Shown piece by piece: positions 25,569 to 37,869 of a stretch of 64,000 nucleotides of DNA. A model generated the notes under the pieces. The model did no database searches and was not told the origin of the DNA. It worked only from the letters and a program-made list of their open reading frames with translations. How positions within the stretch are numbered: the stretch's first letter is position 1; every line of letters begins with the position of its first letter. Made by a program: the position numbers and the translations under genes. This stretch comes from Octopus sinensis (taxonomy: Eukaryota), in assembly GCF_006345805.1 (NCBI RefSeq), contig NC_043004.1, forward strand, positions 77,934,001-77,998,000, read 5' to 3'.

Positions 25569-26688
25569 CTGGGTGGATAGAAAACAATGCACTGGGTGTA
25601 TAGCTGCATGTATAGAAAACAATGCGCTGGGTATATAGAAAAGAATGTTTAATAAATATGATGGATGCTATATAATGACCGTCATCGTTAGCTAAACATC
25701 CATCAGATTTAATACAAATTAAATATTAGAAATATTAAAATTTCTAAGTCTCTCTAAAGGAGACTATGGCAGTGGTACTGGATATTAATAGTTATCGCCA
25801 AGCTAATAAGTCTTATATTTAGTCTTATATTTATGGACTACCATATTAGCTTGGCGATAACTATTAATATAAATTAAATATTGTTTTCTATAAAATGATG
25901 ATAAATAAAATCACAAAGATGGAAACGATAACAGATGTTATATAAGTTCACCAGAAACAGAGACAAACTATCCCTGGCTGGTATATACAGGAATCAATCA
26001 CAGCAAGATGTAATCAATGCAGATTGATAGAAACTGTCAGAAGCAGATTAATATTCTTCATCCTTAAAAGATATATTAAACTTTTTGGTCAGTATTTAAC
26101 TCGCTGCTGCTGCTGCTGCAGGTGCCATCATCATCATGTTCATCATTTTGGTCTAAAGCCCACCCCATAAACATCAGCATTATGAAGGTTATGAGTTATA
26201 TCTAAAAGGTATTTTGTTTGAAATATATCATAAAATCTGAATTTTCTTATTCATCACCATAGATCTTCAAACTCTAAAGTGGTCTTCTAGCTGTTGTTGT
26301 TGTTGTAATGCAGATTCAATAAGAGAAATAGCTAATTTCAGTAAAATATTGATGGAAACTGACAAAGCCAGACTTTACTTACTGTTTGTTGCAGAAGACA
26401 TATTTTATGACAAGTCAAATTATTTTGAACTTTTCTTCTCTAATGGCAGCAGATTACAGAATTGGTTTTTCTTTTACACTGACTTGATATAACTCTTTTA
26501 TAAACCAACTTACACCGAGTAAATAATAATGGTTTTAGCATAACTGAAGTATTTTAAATAAGTCTGCAGTTACCACCATAATGGATTAACCATCACAGTA
26601 AATTAACATCCTATTAATTAATACTGTAGTTAATTAACTCTTGAGTAACAAAAAAAAACAAAAAAAAATTAAGTGTTGATTTACTCAC

Positions 26689-26797
26689 CATTTTCTGCTT
26701 GACTCATTCGATGAAGAATTGGTAACCACATGAGACATTGGGGACCTGGGTCAGACATCAGAACATTTAGGAAGTCATTCACGTTAACTTTTTCTCG
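26689..26797 (-). CDS. Dyb: Dystrobrevin internal coding exon (end of EF-hand region), 109 nt, phase 0 to 1
   Basis: Minus strand reads tttaaccag|CGA GAA AAA ... GAA AAT G|gtgagt and translates to REKVNVNDFLNVLMSDPGPQCLMWLPILHRMSQAEN. This matches vertebrate dystrobrevin [35 protein letters not shown] (recalled). Not in the ORF track. Confidence 0.95.
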
Positions 26798-27029
26798 CTG
26801 GTTAAAGGACGCCAAGGGATTAGCAACAAAAAGAGAATGAGAAAAAAAAAAAGAAAGGTAGAGAAAAAAAACACAGCAAATTCCAATGTCTTTGGGTAAA
26901 CAATAATAAACTTGCCTGAAAATAGGACAGGTTTAGATAGAATTTCCAGTCGTGAAATGGTTTCAGTGAATAATCAATGTTTAATGTCACAATGAGAATT
27001 ATATGTATATTTTGTGATATATATATATA

Positions 27030-28228
27030 CAGAGTGTCCCAAAAAAATGTATACACACTTTAGCAGCTGATAACTCAATTGATATTTTTTCTTTCCGGAT
27101 GAAACCTATAGGATTTAATGATGGCAGTCAGATTAAGCTTTGAACAAAGAAAATTCATTCTAAAATGATACTGGAAGTGTGAAAATACAGTTGAAGTGCA
27201 AAAACAGTTGGGGAGGGAGTTTCAAACAGATCCACCAATGCAACTCCCTATCACTTGAATTAGAGATAAGTTTGAAGCTGATGGAACTGTTCAGAATGTC
27301 CACGATAAGCATTCCAGAAGACCCCGAACATCAACAACCCCAACAAAGCCAGGAGTACTGGAAATGAATCACCAAAGTCCAAGAAAATCTGTGTGGCAAA
27401 GCGAGTCATGAGGTAGGTATTCCAAAATCATCTGTCCAATGCATTTTGAAGCATTGTCAATGGAAAAGTTACATTCCAAGATTAGTCCATGCTATTAATG
27501 ATGATGATTCATTACAAGTGGTACTTGGAACGATGTGTAGAAGCTGCACACTTTCCAACAAAGATTGTGTGGAGTGATGAAGCCACATTCAAATTAAATG
27601 GTTCAATTAACTGCCACAATTGCACCTACTGGGGTCCTGAGAATCTGCATGTTATGGTGAAACACCATGTTAATTTGATATTTGTGTGGTGTGGTTTATC
27701 ATCAAGAGGATTAATTGGACCATTCTTTTGTTATGCTACTGTGACTGGTCCTGTTTACTTGAACTTGTTGCAACAGTCTGTTATGCCAAGCATTAGAGAA
27801 GACTTTGAAGATGAGGAGTTTTATTTTCAGCAAGATGGAGCACCCCCACACTACCATTGCTATGCTAGATCCTTCCTTGATGAGATCTTGCTAAACAGGT
27901 GGATTGGATGAAGAGGTATGGTTGAATTCACCAGACCTCACACCACTAGACTTTTTTTATGGGGATACCTTAAAGACAAATTCTACGCTATGAAACCTAC
28001 AAGTCGCTGATTTGAGAGCAGCCATTGGACGAGAGTGCACACAAATATCAAACAAATTCTTTTGTGATATTTGTGATTCCATTCCTTTGCGTTGTCAGCA
28101 GTGCCTAGACCAGACCGGACATCAGTTTGAAAACAGGCATTGACAAAACAATGAAAATGAAGTGTCTTTTAATAAACAACTACTTTACAATTGTTTAAAG
28201 TGTGCATACATTTTTTGGGGACACCCTG
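27030..28228 (+). mobile_element. Decayed Tc1/mariner-superfamily transposon, probably DD41D (rosa/Visitor)
   Basis: TA-flanked TIRs of about 33 bp, cagagtgtcccaaaaaaatgtatacacacttta / taaagtgtgcatacattttttggggacaccctg. Transposase from about 27121 has [17 protein letters not shown] and SPDLTPLDF, with stops and frameshifts. The 41 spacing needs a roughly 11-nt deletion near 27927 to be restored (inference). Confidence 0.9.
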
Positions 28229-28536
28229 TATATATAAAATAATATTAGGGAGTATAACTCCAAACTTACAAGGAAAAATTCAATTTAGTATTAAATCAAA
28301 TTTCACAGTATAAATATATAAAATATGAATTAGAGATAAAACCAAACAATGATAGGCATAAACCAATACATTAAAGGGGAAAAAAATTTTTTTTAAATAA
28401 AAAAGAAAATGAAAAAAATATATATTATATATTATATTAATTATATATATTATTTGTTATTTATGTATTGGTTTATGTCTATCACTGTTTGAGTTGCATT
28501 ATAGTGGTTTTATCTCTAATTCATATTTTATATATA

Positions 28537-30164
28537 CAGTTGCGGCCAAAATGTTCAGAACGGCATTGTTTTTTTCAGAAAAGTAGGTATAAGTTTTTAT
28601 CAAAGTTGTTTTATATTCTATAATTTTCACAGATAATAAATACGATATTAATTGTTATTGTCTGAGATTTTGGTGTAATTTGAGAGGATAATACAAAAGT
28701 TATGAATGATTTAGTGATTTACTGCAAAACCCATGGTGGCCAAAATGATCAGAACGGTTGAAAAAATAACAAAATAATAAAAAATGACAGAGAATACTGG
28801 AATTATTTAATATTTAGTGTGAAGCCCTTTAGCTTCAATCACACTTTGACATCTTCGACTGCATGAGGAAATTAAATTTTCAATTTCTTGCTAGGTGATC
28901 TTATTCCATTCTTCCTGAAGGGCATTCCATAATTGCTCGGTTGTTTTAGGATTTCTGGCTTTCGAACGTTCTCCTAGAATATTCCACACATTTTCAAGAG
29001 GATTTAGATCTGGGCTTTGAGCAGGCCAATCCATAATAATAACCTTTTCAGCCTTGAGGAAGTTCATGACCACCTTAGCCTTGTGACATGGGGCATTGTC
29101 CTGCATGAATATGGGTGGTCGCTTAGTTGAATTTCTCAGCACAGGCAAGACATGATCTTTTACAAGTTGTTTATAAACTCCTGCATTTACCTTTCCATGT
29201 AATCGCACCAAAGAGCCCACACCATCTCCAGATATCATCCCCCAAACCATGACACTTCCTCTACCGAATTTAACACTAGTCTTAAGGCATTTAGGCGACA
29301 ATTTTTCACCTACTTTTCAACGAACGTACCTTTTCCCATCTGAGCCAAATAACATAAACTTAGATTCATCACTGAAATGCACCGTTTGCCATTTTTTTTG
29401 AGACCACAACACATGTTCGGTTGCAAAGGTAAGACGACACTTTTTATTTTTGGAGCTGATCAGTGGCTTCACTGCTGGTGATCTTGCTTGTAGGTTATGT
29501 TCAACTAAACGATGAGACAAGTTTTTCGAGATAACGTTTTCTTCAGTACAATGCTCATTTCCCGAGAGACAGCAGCAGCAGTTTTAAATCTGTCCTTTTT
29601 AACCAACTTTACCAAAGCACAATCTTCTCTCTTGGTCGTTTTTCTTGGCCTATCTGTAGACTTTCTTGCTTCACACGAACCACAATTATCGAAGACCTTA
29701 AGAATACTGTGAACAACACTTTTTGACTTGTTAACAATCTTTGCAATAGACCCAATACTTAAATTATCCTTCTTTCGAAGCTTAATAATCTGCTGATGAA
29801 TTGATAACGGAGTAAGTGGCATTATATTAACAAAGTACACTGCAGATATTCTTACTAATGTTTAGTAAACGAACCGTCACGTAAACAAATTCAAAACATT
29901 AGAGTTCGCCAGTTAAATATACTAAAACATGGAGTAGAAGCAACCATTCTGATCATTTTGGCCGCCATGGGTTTTGCAGTAAATCACTAAATCATCCATA
30001 ACTTTTGTATTATCCTCTCAAATTACACCAAAATCTCAGACAATAACAAATAATATCGTATTTATTGTCTGTGAAAATTATAGAATATAAAACAACCTTG
30101 ATAAAAACTTATACCTACTTTTCTGGCGAAAACAATGCTGTTCTGAACATTTTGGCCGCAATTG
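28537..30164 (-). mobile_element. Tc1 (DD34E) transposon with 224-bp IR/DR-type TIRs
   Basis: TA-flanked; TIRs 28537-28760 and 29941-30164, each with ggccaaaatg(t/a)tcagaa at both outer and inner ends. Confidence 0.95.
28807..29822 (-). pseudogene. Tc1 transposase pseudogene
   Basis: MPLTPLS...FSDESKF...QDNAPCH-(34 aa spacing)-SPDLNPLE...GLHTKY*; frameshift near 29520, stops at 29317-29319 and 28891-28893. Confidence 0.93.
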
Positions 30165-32487
30165 TATATATATATATATAGTTAATCCAAACAAGAAAGC
30201 ACGAAAAAACACAACAAAGCGAGGACGTGGAACAAATATAGTATTATTGGACGCTCAGGAAAGAAGGAAGGTTTAACGTTTTGAGCGGAGCTCTTCGTCG
30301 GAAACATAGGAGAAGGAAAGATCCAGAGAAGAGAAGACAGAGGAAAAAAAAAATCGCCAATGGTACCCACGAGGTCACATTTTGATTGTGAGATATATCT
30401 ATTGATATATACTTATGTATGCATATTTTGTGATTGCTACAGCCATTACCATTGAGTATGTTAAGATTAGTTAAAGCTAATTAAACAAACTCATACAGCA
30501 TTCACGGTCCCACAGTTCATACAGACAGTTGTTGTTTAGTCTCAAGTCAATCCTGATTCAACAAAGTCATAACCAAAAACATTCCACCCTTACTACCCAA
30601 ATCTTTTAAGGGTTTAACTTGAGGGAAAGCTGACTATTATTTCTAGCCAGTTGAAAGACTGATAAGAGGCTCCCTCATTGACTTATATAACTAAGAACTT
30701 GTTGCAGTTTATACTTTTATTAAGACAAATATTTAAGGGAGGCAAACACTATTTTCAGGATAGTTTTCTAACAGACAACTAAGTCTCTCCTGCAATAATT
30801 CTGGTTTTCATAATAATGTGACCACAAGTACATACACTATAAACATTTGAATAAACAAACTCATTTTTAGGTATCTTCCACCCAGTCATTACATGACTGA
30901 GCATCTGACTTGGGAAATATTGAACAGGATGTTAAAATGTGACAATTATCTTTCCATCTTCCCATCTTTTTATTCTTTGAGAAGTAAAAACTTGCATTTG
31001 AATAATTCGCAGAAACATAGGTAAATATTACATGGTAAATATAACAAAAGGAGAAGCACAGAAGACAACACATTCAGTCAATTTAATTGATTAACTTTTG
31101 TTCAAAGATCTGACAATAATTAATCTCGCATCAAAAATTAACAAACAGTAAAATATTCATGAAAATATCAGAAAAATAGCAGCAGACATCCAACATACAT
31201 TAAAATTTTTATGGCAACAAACAACAACAACAACAACAACAGCTAAGTAATGGCACACTTTAGTGAATTCTTCCTGTAGCTAAAAGAAGAAAAAAAATTC
31301 TTATTTAAATGAAATTTGAAGTCATTTCCTGAAATGCATTAATTGTAAAATTAGTCAGAAATGATTTTTCTATATTTTGAAATGGGAGGAAAAAAAAAAA
31401 GAAAAGACAAACAAAATTTTATATATGAATTTTACATCCAGCATGCGTGTGTGTGTGTTTGTAAATGTGTACTGTGAATGTATGTAAATGTGAGTGTATG
31501 CATACACACAGGCATACATAAAAGTATATATATCATCATCATCATCATGCCCATGTTGGCATGAACAGTTTGACAAGGATTGGATGGGTCCAAGAACTGC
31601 ATCGTGCACCACTGTCTACTTTGGTTTAGTTTCTGTGGCTGAACACCCTTCCTAATACCAGCCACATTTTACAGAGTGTACTAGGTGCTTTTTTTTGTTT
31701 TTCGTGCCATCAGCACCAGTGAAGTTACCATGCAGTTTACAAGACTGTGACTCTCCAGGGAGATAAATTTATATAAGGAGATTAGGGATTAAAGAAAAAG
31801 AAGCCAGAACAGGTCCCTTATTGTAAAGATGACAACAAATCAGATGAGAGAAGAAAGGATGAAGGTGGTCAAGGCAGAGGTAGGAAGCGATAAAAATAAA
31901 GGTTGTGATCCTGTCCAATATCCTCTTACTAATATTGCTTATATGAGACCTGGCAGGGTTAATTAATCTAATGGAGGGTTTTACAAAGAAATCAGGCTTA
32001 TGGGCCTTAAGGAGGAAATGGAAGCTCCTAGAACTGTATGACTTAGTTTTAACCTCAACCTTATTAACTAAGGCATCGACCTGTCTGTTAATGGATGTAA
32101 AGGGTTGGAGATGATCTTTTCATAGTTCTTATATAATTTCCTGTAAGTGAAGTCATTTTATACAGTGGAATCCAGAATATATAATTTTCCATCCTGTTCC
32201 AAAAACGTGCAGGGATTGTGAGAAATAAAAATAATGAATACATACACATTCATAATGTGTGTGTGTAAAAAGGAAGAGCCTAATACATATTGTTGCTTCC
32301 ATCTACATCTTTCAATAGTCCTCTGGTGTAAATGGAAGCAAAAGATGTGGCCTCTGCATCACTGAAGAGAGAGAGAGAGAGAGAGAGATTTTTCTCCACC
32401 CCTAGCTAGAATCAAACATAAAAGCAATATGATGATTGTACATGCAAAAATGCACACACACACACACGTGTGTGTGTGTGAGAGAGG

Positions 32488-32529
<42 letters not shown>

Positions 32530-32544
32530 AGAGAGTGTGTGTGT

Positions 32545-33850
32545 GTGTGTGTGTATAATTGTAAATGAAATGGAGATGAGCTAAGAGAAACAACTCAGAG
32601 CAGTTAGTGGTGTTTATTTAAACAACAAAGATGAACAGTAACATACAAAATAAATTTTTGATGCATTGAAATTATCTCCACTTCCAGAGACCAATCACTC
32701 ATCAGCATTTAGTACCAACTCCAAATTATAAATTCTTCAAAATTGAAATGTCATTAGAGAAAAGACATTCTGATTGTCTGAATACAAGAGAACAGTGCTG
32801 GACATGCTTCTGCCTCAATATGCATCATCAGCACAGCAATTGGTCTACATATATATATCTGATGAAATTTAATTGAAAATTATTTAGCTTAGGTTATGAC
32901 TGGATACTACAAATGAAATAATCTCAGGCAGCATCTTTGGTTTGTTTGTCTATTTGTTTTATTGAATGCAAGGCTAAATGAAATTTCATCTTTTGTCAGC
33001 AATTTTTACTAAAAGAATAAAATGAAAAATGATAGCAAAAGAATTGAGATGGAAAAAAAAAATCAAAACATAAAAAAAATAGAAAATATTATAAATGTAA
33101 GAGAACATTAACTCATTTTCCAACACACACTTTTAACATAATTGTGTGTGTGTGTGTGTGTGTAAGCATGGAAAACTGGACGTTATGATGTGTGTGTGTG
33201 TATAATTGTAAATGAAATGGAGATGAGCTAAGAGAAACAACTCAGAGCAGTTAGTGGTGTTTATTTAAACAACAAAGATGAACAGTAACATACAAAATAA
33301 ATTTTTGATGCATTGAAATTATCTCCACTTCCAGAGACCAATCACTCATCAGCATTTAGTACCAACTCCAAATTATAAATTCTTCAAAATTGAAATGTCA
33401 TTAGAGAAAAGACATTCTGATTGTCTGAATACAAGAGAACAGTGCTGGACATGCTTCTGCCTCAATATGCATCATCAGCACAGCAATTGGTCTACATATA
33501 TATATCTGATGAAATTTAATTGAAAATTATTTAGCTTAGGTTATGACTGGATACTACAAATGAAATAATCTCAGGCAGCATCTTTGGTTTGTTTGTCTAT
33601 TTGTTTTATTGAATGCAAGGCTAAATGAAATTTCATCTTTTGTCAGCAATTTTTACTAAAAGAATAAAATGAAAAATGATAGCAAAAGAAATTGAGATGG
33701 AAAAAAAAAATCAAAACATAAAAAAAAATAGAAAATATTATAAATGTAAGAGAACATTAACTCATTTTCCAACACACACTTTTAACATAATTGTGTGTGT
33801 GTGTGTGTGTGTAAGCATGGAAAACTGGACGTTATGATGTGTGTGTGTAT
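32545..33850. repeat. Tandem duplication, two copies of about 648 bp
   Basis: Sequence from 32555 recurs at 33202; only A-run lengths differ; junction in (GT)n. Confidence 0.96.
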
Positions 33851-34377
33851 ATATATATATGTGTGTGTGTGTTTATGTATATAAGTGTATGTGTGTGTGT
33901 GTGCACATATATATACATATATATATATACACATATACACACACATAAATATATGTTCGTGTATGTGTGTGTGTACATGTGTGAGTTAGTAGCCATATGT
34001 AAATGTAAGATTTCCAGTTCCATATATTAAAAATGGAAGCAGATTTCAGAAATAAAAAGGAAAGAACTTTGAGCAATCGTAATCAACCTGAAGAATCAGA
34101 GGAGCTCTTTGATTGCAATTGAATGTGAGAGCTTGCCAACAGCAATTCACCGATGAAGGAACAAACACACATGAATACATACATACATACATACATACAT
34201 ACATACATACAAACACACACGGATTATGGCTTAAACAGAACGCAACGCTAATGTTATCAAAATGACATAAAAAAAACAGACTACTTCCATCCATTTTTCC
34301 AACCTAATACACAAATCTCTATTTTTTATAATACACCATTCCTACAGACTGTCTTCTAATATTAATCCTGTCATGCA

Positions 34378-34420
<43 letters not shown>

Positions 34421-35030
34421 AATTAAAAGAGAAAGCAATGGATAATTTTCTTTAATCAAACTGGAAATTATATGTGAGATAGAACTGACATAATTAAAAC
34501 GAAGCCAGGAAATTAGAAAATGTGATTGAAAGTAGCTCATAATTGGACAGCATTAAGAAGTGGAAATATCAATTCTCTAACAACAACAACAGCAACAACA
34601 ACGATAAATAAGTAATCTTCAACAGCTGCAGGTAATCAAATCTACTCGGTTAAAATACAAGATAAACAGAGATATCTTTAGATCTTGTGGTCAATAACAT
34701 ATTCCAGCATGGCTGTTGTGGAAAATGCATGAGCAGAAAGATGGATTTGATTAGTGGTACACTGGATAACCTGTAGGACCAAAACAAGACAAATTCCAAA
34801 TATGAACTTGATTAGAGTGACATGAAAACCACAAAAGAAAGGAAAGGGGGGAAGCACCAACAAATTTTTAACTTTTTCAGTAAAAATGAAACAAGAAAAA
34901 ACTAGCAGTAAAGACAACACTATATAAAATATCTTTTGTTTTACATCTATTTTTCTATGCTGGCATGGATTAGATGAATACCTGTGGTTGAGGCATTGTT
35001 GCCAGCTCCTTCTCAAATTCTTCAACCCAT

Positions 35031-35341
35031 TGGTTACAACAATGAATGTTCTAGTGGGATTTGATCCATGGAACAGCCAGCTTGTGAAATTAAAATGCAA
35101 GTGGCTGAGTACACCACTGATATACATACCCTTAATGTAGCTCTGAAGGAGATTCAGCATGACACAGAATGTAACAAGGCTGACCCCTTTGAAATTCAAG
35201 GACGATTAACTTTTGCCAGTCGAGGGGACTGGAGCAATGTGAAATAAAGTGTCTTGCATGAATGCACCACTGGGAATCGAATTCACAGCCTTATGATTCA
35301 CGAGTCAAATATCCTATACATTAAGCCAAGCACATTCACTT
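35031..35341 (-). mobile_element. SINE family D copy flanked by 125-bp direct repeats
   Basis: Similar to 16275-16592; flanks are 34906-35030 and 35342-35467. Confidence 0.8.
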
Positions 35342-35629
35342 CAGTAAAGACAACACTATATAAAATATCTTTTTGTTTTACATCTATTTTTCTATGTTGG
35401 CATGGATTAGATGAATACCTGTGGTTGAGGCATTGTTGCCAGCTCCTTCTCAAATTCTTCAACCCATGCCAGCAAGGAAAACAGACATCAAATGATGATG
35501 ATGATGACTGTTACTCTCTGCAACTACTCAGAGTTTATGGAATGTTGCTATCACAAAACTGGTTTCTGATATTTATGACAAAATAACATGCAATAATAGA
35601 AATTGAATATAAAATATATATATATGAAG

Positions 35630-35679
<50 letters not shown>

Positions 35680-35748
35680 GTATATAAGTGTGTATATGTA
35701 TCTATCTCTATATATAAGTATATATATATATATAAGTGTATATATATA

Positions 35749-35791
<43 letters not shown>

Positions 35792-35868
35792 ATAAGCATA
35801 TAAAAAAAATATATATATATATATATATAAATGGTGTGTATATATATATGAATAAAAGTAGAACAAAA

Positions 35869-35899
<31 letters not shown>

Positions 35900-37637
35900 A
35901 CCCCAACATGGCCACAGTCCAATGACTGAAACAAGTAGAAGAACAAAAGAATACATGTGTATATAAATGTATAGACACACACATACATACCTACATAAAA
36001 ACACATGCATACTTACATAACCCCCCACACACACACACCCATACATACATATATACACCCACCAACTCGTACATAATCGCAAGAGTCAATAATGGAAGGA
36101 AGAGCATGAGACTACGGTTCATTTCCTATAATGCAGACGATATCATCTCAATAGCTTTACCTCTTTCTCTCTCTCTTTCTGTACTAGTGTGTGTATGTAG
36201 ATGTGTGTATGTATGTACCATTATAATCTACTGATTCAAATATCTGTTGGTATCTAATTATTTTAATTTGTTTCTTTTCATTCCCGATCAATGTTTCCTA
36301 TCTGCCTTTCTCTTTCCACCAAGCTATCATTATAACCACCCATTCATATACACACACACACACACATATTTCTGTCAATTATTTACCTATACGTCCCCTC
36401 ATCTGTCTATTCATATACCCATGTACACACACACAAACCTATATATATATATATATATATATTCTCAAAATAAGCAACAAGGATATCCAAGGTAGAGTAG
36501 TACAATTGTTTCATGCAATTGTACTACCCTACCTTGGATATACTTGTTGCTTATTTTGATTATAATCACCCCATTTGATTTATATGGATAATACTATACA
36601 AAATTCTGGTGCCTTTAACTTAAGTACCATATTCATCTGAATCTAAATTTTGCTGAACTTATATATATATATATATGTAAATGGAAGGCGGATGTTAAAT
36701 GATGATGATGATGATATATATATATCTCTAGAGACCCCCATACACAAACACACACACACATCTACAAGGATACATATATCCACTAAGTTATTTCCTTAGC
36801 CATTTATCTGTCCCTTTTTCTTACTTTCTCTTTCTCTGTCCACACACATACACACACACATTCACCTATTTCTGCTCCGGCTACTGATAAATTTTCCCAT
36901 ATATACATTTGGTTGCCTATTCATAGAGACACAGTCACATATATGCATACACATATGTGTAAGCATATATGTGTATACACATACACACACATCCATGTAT
37001 ATGTATGTGCACATCTGTACATACACATATATATATAAACACATATTCATACCAACTCATACATGCAGATATTCATAAATATATTCACACATACACACAC
37101 ACACACACACATACCAACCTGGCTCTATTATATATGGAAAATAATCCCAGAACATTGCTTTAGTTTCTCTTTTATTCTTTGTTGCACCATTTAATTCTTT
37201 TAGTTGGCAGAAATGGGCGACCAGTTCCAACCTCCGACATTTCATAAACACAATGGTTGATCCAGAGTTCAGCAGGAGCTTAAAATAATGGCTCAGAACC
37301 TACCATTATTCACGCCAGAAATTTTTAATGCAATTTATAAAATGAGTGTGTGTGTGTATTGTGTGTGTGATAAATGTATTGAACAACAAAAACAACAAGA
37401 GCAGGAAGGGCATGGTTTAACAGATACCGTTATAGAGCTTAACACTTTGATGGAAAGAGGAAGTATTTTAACCTCGGAATCCCAACTCTGAACTCTACAT
37501 TGGATCATCACCCAAATTACTTGGGAGATATATTTTCACTGGTTTATACATGAACAAACTGGCACTCTGTCGCTTATAACAATGAGGGTTTTAGTTAATC
37601 CGATCAATGGAACAGCCAGCTCTCATAAGATTAACAT

Positions 37638-37869
37638 GTCAACCACAGACACTGGTACCCTTCATAGCCAACCACAGACACTGGTACCCTTCATAGTCAA
37701 CCACAGACACTGGTACCCTTCATAGTCAACCACAGACACTGGTACCCTTCATAGTCAACCACAGACACTGGTACCCTTCATAGTCAACCACAGACACTGG
37801 TACCCTTCTTAGTCAACCACAGACACTGGTACCCTTCATAGTCAACCACAGACACGGGTACCCTTCAGG
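37638..37869. repeat. Minisatellite, 8 x 29 bp, inside a family D SINE (37560-38070, minus)
   Basis: Unit gtcaaccacagacactggtacccttcata. Confidence 0.95.

Noticed and set aside
26383-26439. 57-nt AG..GTAAGT segment on minus
   Set aside because: In-frame TAA in the required phase and a weak acceptor; only a poison exon is possible and nothing supports it.
30867-31290. Strong minus-strand acceptors near 30978 and 31280
   Set aside because: One runs into a stop with no donor; the other has only a weak GTGTGC donor. No homology.
37638-37869. CRISPR-like appearance of 29-bp repeats
   Set aside because: No unique spacers and no cas genes; eukaryotic context; the unit derives from the host SINE.
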